Source: Macrostomum lignano (taxonomy: Eukaryota). From it: 64,000 nt of DNA. A program made the translations under genes and the position numbers. Where the stretch lies: the NCBI GenBank assembly GCA_002269645.1, contig NIVC01001237.1:1-64000 (forward strand), given 5' to 3'. Of this stretch, positions 60,786 to 64,000 are shown in pieces. A model generated the notes under the pieces. The model was not told where the DNA came from. It did not search any database and was given only the letters and a program-made list of their open reading frames with translations. Positions within the stretch are counted from its first letter, which is position 1. Each line of letters opens with the position of its first letter.

Positions 60786-62539
60786 CGAGGGATGTTCCAT
60801 AAGTACTTATACTTTTGCATGCTGCTCAGGAACTACGCAACCAATCATTGTAAGTTTTATGTCGCTGGAAAGCGGCTTTACTCATCTTTAATCTGTCGCC
60901 AAAATCATTTGGTTCTGTCAACTATGTCAAAAGTTACAACAAATAACGTAGTCAAAGGTCACCCATAGACTTACAAGAAATTTAAAGAGCAACAACTACA
61001 ATGGCAAGCATGAAAACAGAGGCGCGTTGTTGATGACAGAAAGTTTGACTTCTTTGTCACTCATCCTCAGTCGGTACCGACACCTTCTCAACGTAGTTTC
61101 CACCGGAGTTGATGCACTTGGTCCACCTGTTAAACATGCTTTTGATGGCTTCTGCGTACAGCTGTCGGGGGATGACATACAGCAGAATTCTGCGGACTTC
61201 CTCCTCGATCTGGTTCCTGGTCTCGTACACGCGTCCTTTCAGATGGCGCTTCAACTCTGGAAATAAAGCAAAGTCTGCTGGTGCCAGGTCTGGAGAGTAA
61301 GGAGGGTGAGGTAGAAGATGGAGCTTCAGCTTGCTGATTGCCTCGACTGTCTTTTGTGCTGTATGAGGCCTTGCATTGTCATGATGAAGAATGAAAGGTC
61401 TGGGATTTTCACGACGCTTGTTCTTGATGTCATGATGCAGCTTTGTTAGCGTTTCAACGTAGCGCTCAGAGTTTATTGTAGTGTTTGGCTCCAAAAACTC
61501 GACAGTTAGAGGACCATTGCAGTCGAAAAACAGAGACAGCATGATCTTCTTTCCATGTGCGTCCCTTTGAGCTTTTACCGGAGGATCAGAGCCCTTCAGC
61601 ATCCAGACCTGGGAATCACGTTTCGTTGGTGGATCAAAATGGGGAATCCAGGTTTCATCTCCAGTGACTATCATTCGATGGAAGAGATCCCAACCACCGT
61701 ATTCTTCCATCATCCGAATATTGGCCTGACAAATCTGCTGCCTCTGCAGTCTCAAGTCCGAGGTGAGTAGGCGTGGCACCCAACGAGCAGTCAGCTTGAC
61801 AAAGTCCATGCGCGACAAGCAGCGATGCACAGTTGTGCTCGGCGTGTCCAGTCTATCTGCAATCTGTCGAATCGTTAGCCGACAATCTTCGTCCAGCAGA
61901 TCAAGAATTCGATCGGTGAGAGCATCAGAGCCTGATGTGCAGGGGCGGCCCGACCTCGGCAAATCAGCAACATTGGTCCTTCCTGCTTCGAACTGCTCAA
62001 CCCAGTTGTAGACGGTCATCCTGCTCACCGCATTAGCTCCATGAATGTTGCATAAATCCGCATAAATCTCTGATCGCTTTTTTCCGAGTTTCCAGAGGGT
62101 AAAAATTGCAGCGCGCTGTCCTTCCCTTGAGTTCACATCCATGGTGATGCAGCAGCAGCCAAGGTGGTGAAACTTTACAAGATTAAGATGCTGTGATCTT
62201 AAGATTAAGATGCTGTGAAAGCTTAGGCCAGTATTTTCCATAGACGAAAAGGGTGTGGCATTCGCTTATGAAGCAAAAAAGAATGCATTATGTAGAATCC
62301 GAAATAACTCTGCGTGCTGAACTTTGAAGTTTTGATTTTGAAAATTTCTTGTAAGTCTATGGGTGACCTTTGACTACGTTTTTTGTTGTAACTTTTGACA
62401 TAGTTGACAGAACGAAATGATTTTGGCGACAGATTAAAGATGAGTAAAGCCGCTTTCCAGCGACATAAAACTTACAATGATTGGTTGCGTAGTTCCTGAG
62501 CAGCATGCAAAAGTATAAGTACTTATGGAACATCCCTCG
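60786..62539 (-). mobile_element. Full-length mariner transposon with ~198-bp TIRs and TA TSD
   Basis: 60786-60983 and 62342-62539 are near-identical inverted copies, flanked by TA at 60784-60785 and 62540-62541. Confidence 0.95.
61057..62142 (-). CDS. Intact DD34D mariner transposase (~361 aa from the Met at 62142)
   Basis: Uninterrupted ORF with RSGRP, WVPRLL, IVTGDETW, HHDNARPH and HPPYSPDLAPAD; there are 34 residues between the second and third Asp. Confidence 0.95.
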   Translation of the reverse strand: MDVNSREGQRAAIFTLWKLGKKRSEIYADLCNIHGANAVSRMTVYNWVEQFEAGRTNVADLPRSGRPCTSGSDALTDRILDLLDEDCRLTIRQIADRLDTPSTTVHRCLSRMDFVKLTARWVPRLLTSDLRLQRQQICQANIRMMEEYGGWDLFHRMIVTGDETWIPHFDPPTKRDSQVWMLKGSDPPVKAQRDAHGKKIMLSLFFDCNGPLTVEFLEPNTTINSERYVETLTKLHHDIKNKRRENPRPFILHHDNARPHTAQKTVEAISKLKLHLLPHPPYSPDLAPADFALFPELKRHLKGRVYETRNQIEEEVRRILLYVIPRQLYAEAIKSMFNRWTKCINSGGNYVEKVSVPTEDE

Positions 62540-62955
62540 TACATTAGGCGTATTAAAACTATTTAGCTACTTACGACTTTTAGTTGCTGCTGGTGCAGAC
62601 ATAATGAACAGGGCACGAACTGTCATGCCTATTAATTTGTTATTGTAGTTGATGCTTGTTTTGACAGCAATTAGCAAGATAGCAAAATAGCAAAGTTATG
62701 CTATTTAATTTACACAGCAATATTAAAAGCTGGAGACATACGGCGAAAAGGCTATAGTTCCTTCTGTGTTGACGCAAACTGTAGGAAAGCTACGAGCTTA
62801 ATTTAGAAATGATATAAGCTTCTTTCTCTTTAGTACCTTACTAGAGCGTTATGGACAAACATACAAACCTTAGAGATTTAGTATATTTAGATATGAGAGA
62901 CAGCTAGTTGAGAGCTCTTCAATTCAGTGTGCACTTACAATACAGTGCATCAATA

Positions 62956-63555
62956 GCTTCCATCGCCTATCCTAGAGGTAGAGCTCAAAGACTCAATTGT
63001 GTCTAAATGTATGTCTAGCTTCCATCGCCTAGCCTAGAGGTAGAGCTCAAAGACTCAATTGTGTCTAAATGTATGTCTAGCTTCCATCGCCTAGCCTAGA
63101 GGTAGAGCTCAAAGACTCGATTGTGTCTAAATGTATGTCTAGCTTCCATCGCCTAGCCTAGAGGTAGAGCTCAAAGACTCAATTGTGTCTAAATGTATGT
63201 CTAGCTTCCATCGCCTAGCCTAGAGGTAGAGCTCAAAGACTCAATTGTGTCTAAATGTATGTCTAGCTTCCATCGCCTAGCCTAGAGGTAGAGCTCAAAG
63301 ACTCAATTGTGTCTAAATGTATGTCTAGCTTCCATCGCCTAGCCTAGAGGTAGAGCTCAAAGACTCAATTGTGTCTAAATGTATGTCTAGCTTCCATCGC
63401 CTAGCCTAGAGGTAGAGCTCAAAGACTCAATTGTGTCTAAATGTATGTCTAGCTTCCATCGCCTAGCCTAGAGGTAGAGCTCAAAGACTCAATTGTGTCT
63501 AAATGTATGTCTAGCTTCCATCGCCTAGCCTAGAGGTAGAGCTCAAAGACTCAAG
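62956..63555. repeat. 62-bp tandem repeat (TAGCTTCCATCGCCTAGCCTAGAGGTAGAGCTCAAAGACTCAATTGTGTCTAAATGTATGTC)
   Basis: About 9.5 almost identical copies. Confidence 0.97.
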
Positions 63556-64000
63556 GCTCGAAGACACGCATATTGCAGCGCAAAAAAGTCGTCAGGATCT
63601 TCATAATCCTGTGGAGTCTTTAAGACTTTTTTATGCAGGCTGAGGCTGGATGTATGGATGGGGGCCCTGCTGCCCTGATGTTGTCCCAACTAAGGAGCTA
63701 TACTCAATTTGACGACGACAGGATATCTACGAAGTTATCTGCAACATGCACTCTGATCGAGACTCAGTTTGTGGAGTAATCCAGAGAACGCCTTCGGGGC
63801 AATGTGCCCAACATTGGACGCTGGTAAGGTTTCAGTGCTGCATGCACTGTTGGCGTATACTTTTCTGTCTTTAGCGAGCGTCAAGGAATCCAGAGCCAAT
63901 TCGAAGCTATAGGAATGGACTCAGTTCCGAAGCAATAATCGTATTATTGTTGTTATTGATATTTATCGATCCTTTTGCCTCGATGCAGACAACTTAAGAA

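Noticed and set aside
63640-63830. AG..GT-bounded GC-richer segment resembling an exon
   Set aside because: All three frames contain stops and there is no recognisable motif.

Overview
Repeat-rich eukaryotic (invertebrate animal) genomic DNA with spliceosomal introns. The heavy minisatellite load in introns is reminiscent of a free-living flatworm such as Macrostomum, but that is inference only. Five host genes can be assembled exon by exon by hand: a divergent type II pantothenate-kinase-like gene (+, 11334-14333), two divergent IAP-like genes (+ 20806-22554 with BIR and UBA-like domains; - 55644-57377 with degenerate BIR, UBA-like and RING domains), a secreted four-WSC-domain gene (-, 26410-31242), and a 10-exon insulin-degrading enzyme gene (-, 32938-41535) whose peroxisomal -AKL tail lies in a shifted frame. 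The rest is transposons and tandem repeats: a decayed CACTA/EnSpm element with an apparently intact spliced accessory gene, RTE-type LINE fragments, a Merlin derivative with ~135-bp TIRs, four hAT MITEs, an old mariner with a LINE nested inside it, an internally deleted Harbinger with self-nested MITEs, an intact DD34D mariner with ~198-bp TIRs, two copies of a tRNA-derived SINE, and about 25 distinct minisatellite arrays. Most ORFs in the supplied track are artefacts of those arrays. There are no CRISPR arrays or rRNA genes. All family assignments come from motif recognition by eye, not from database searches.
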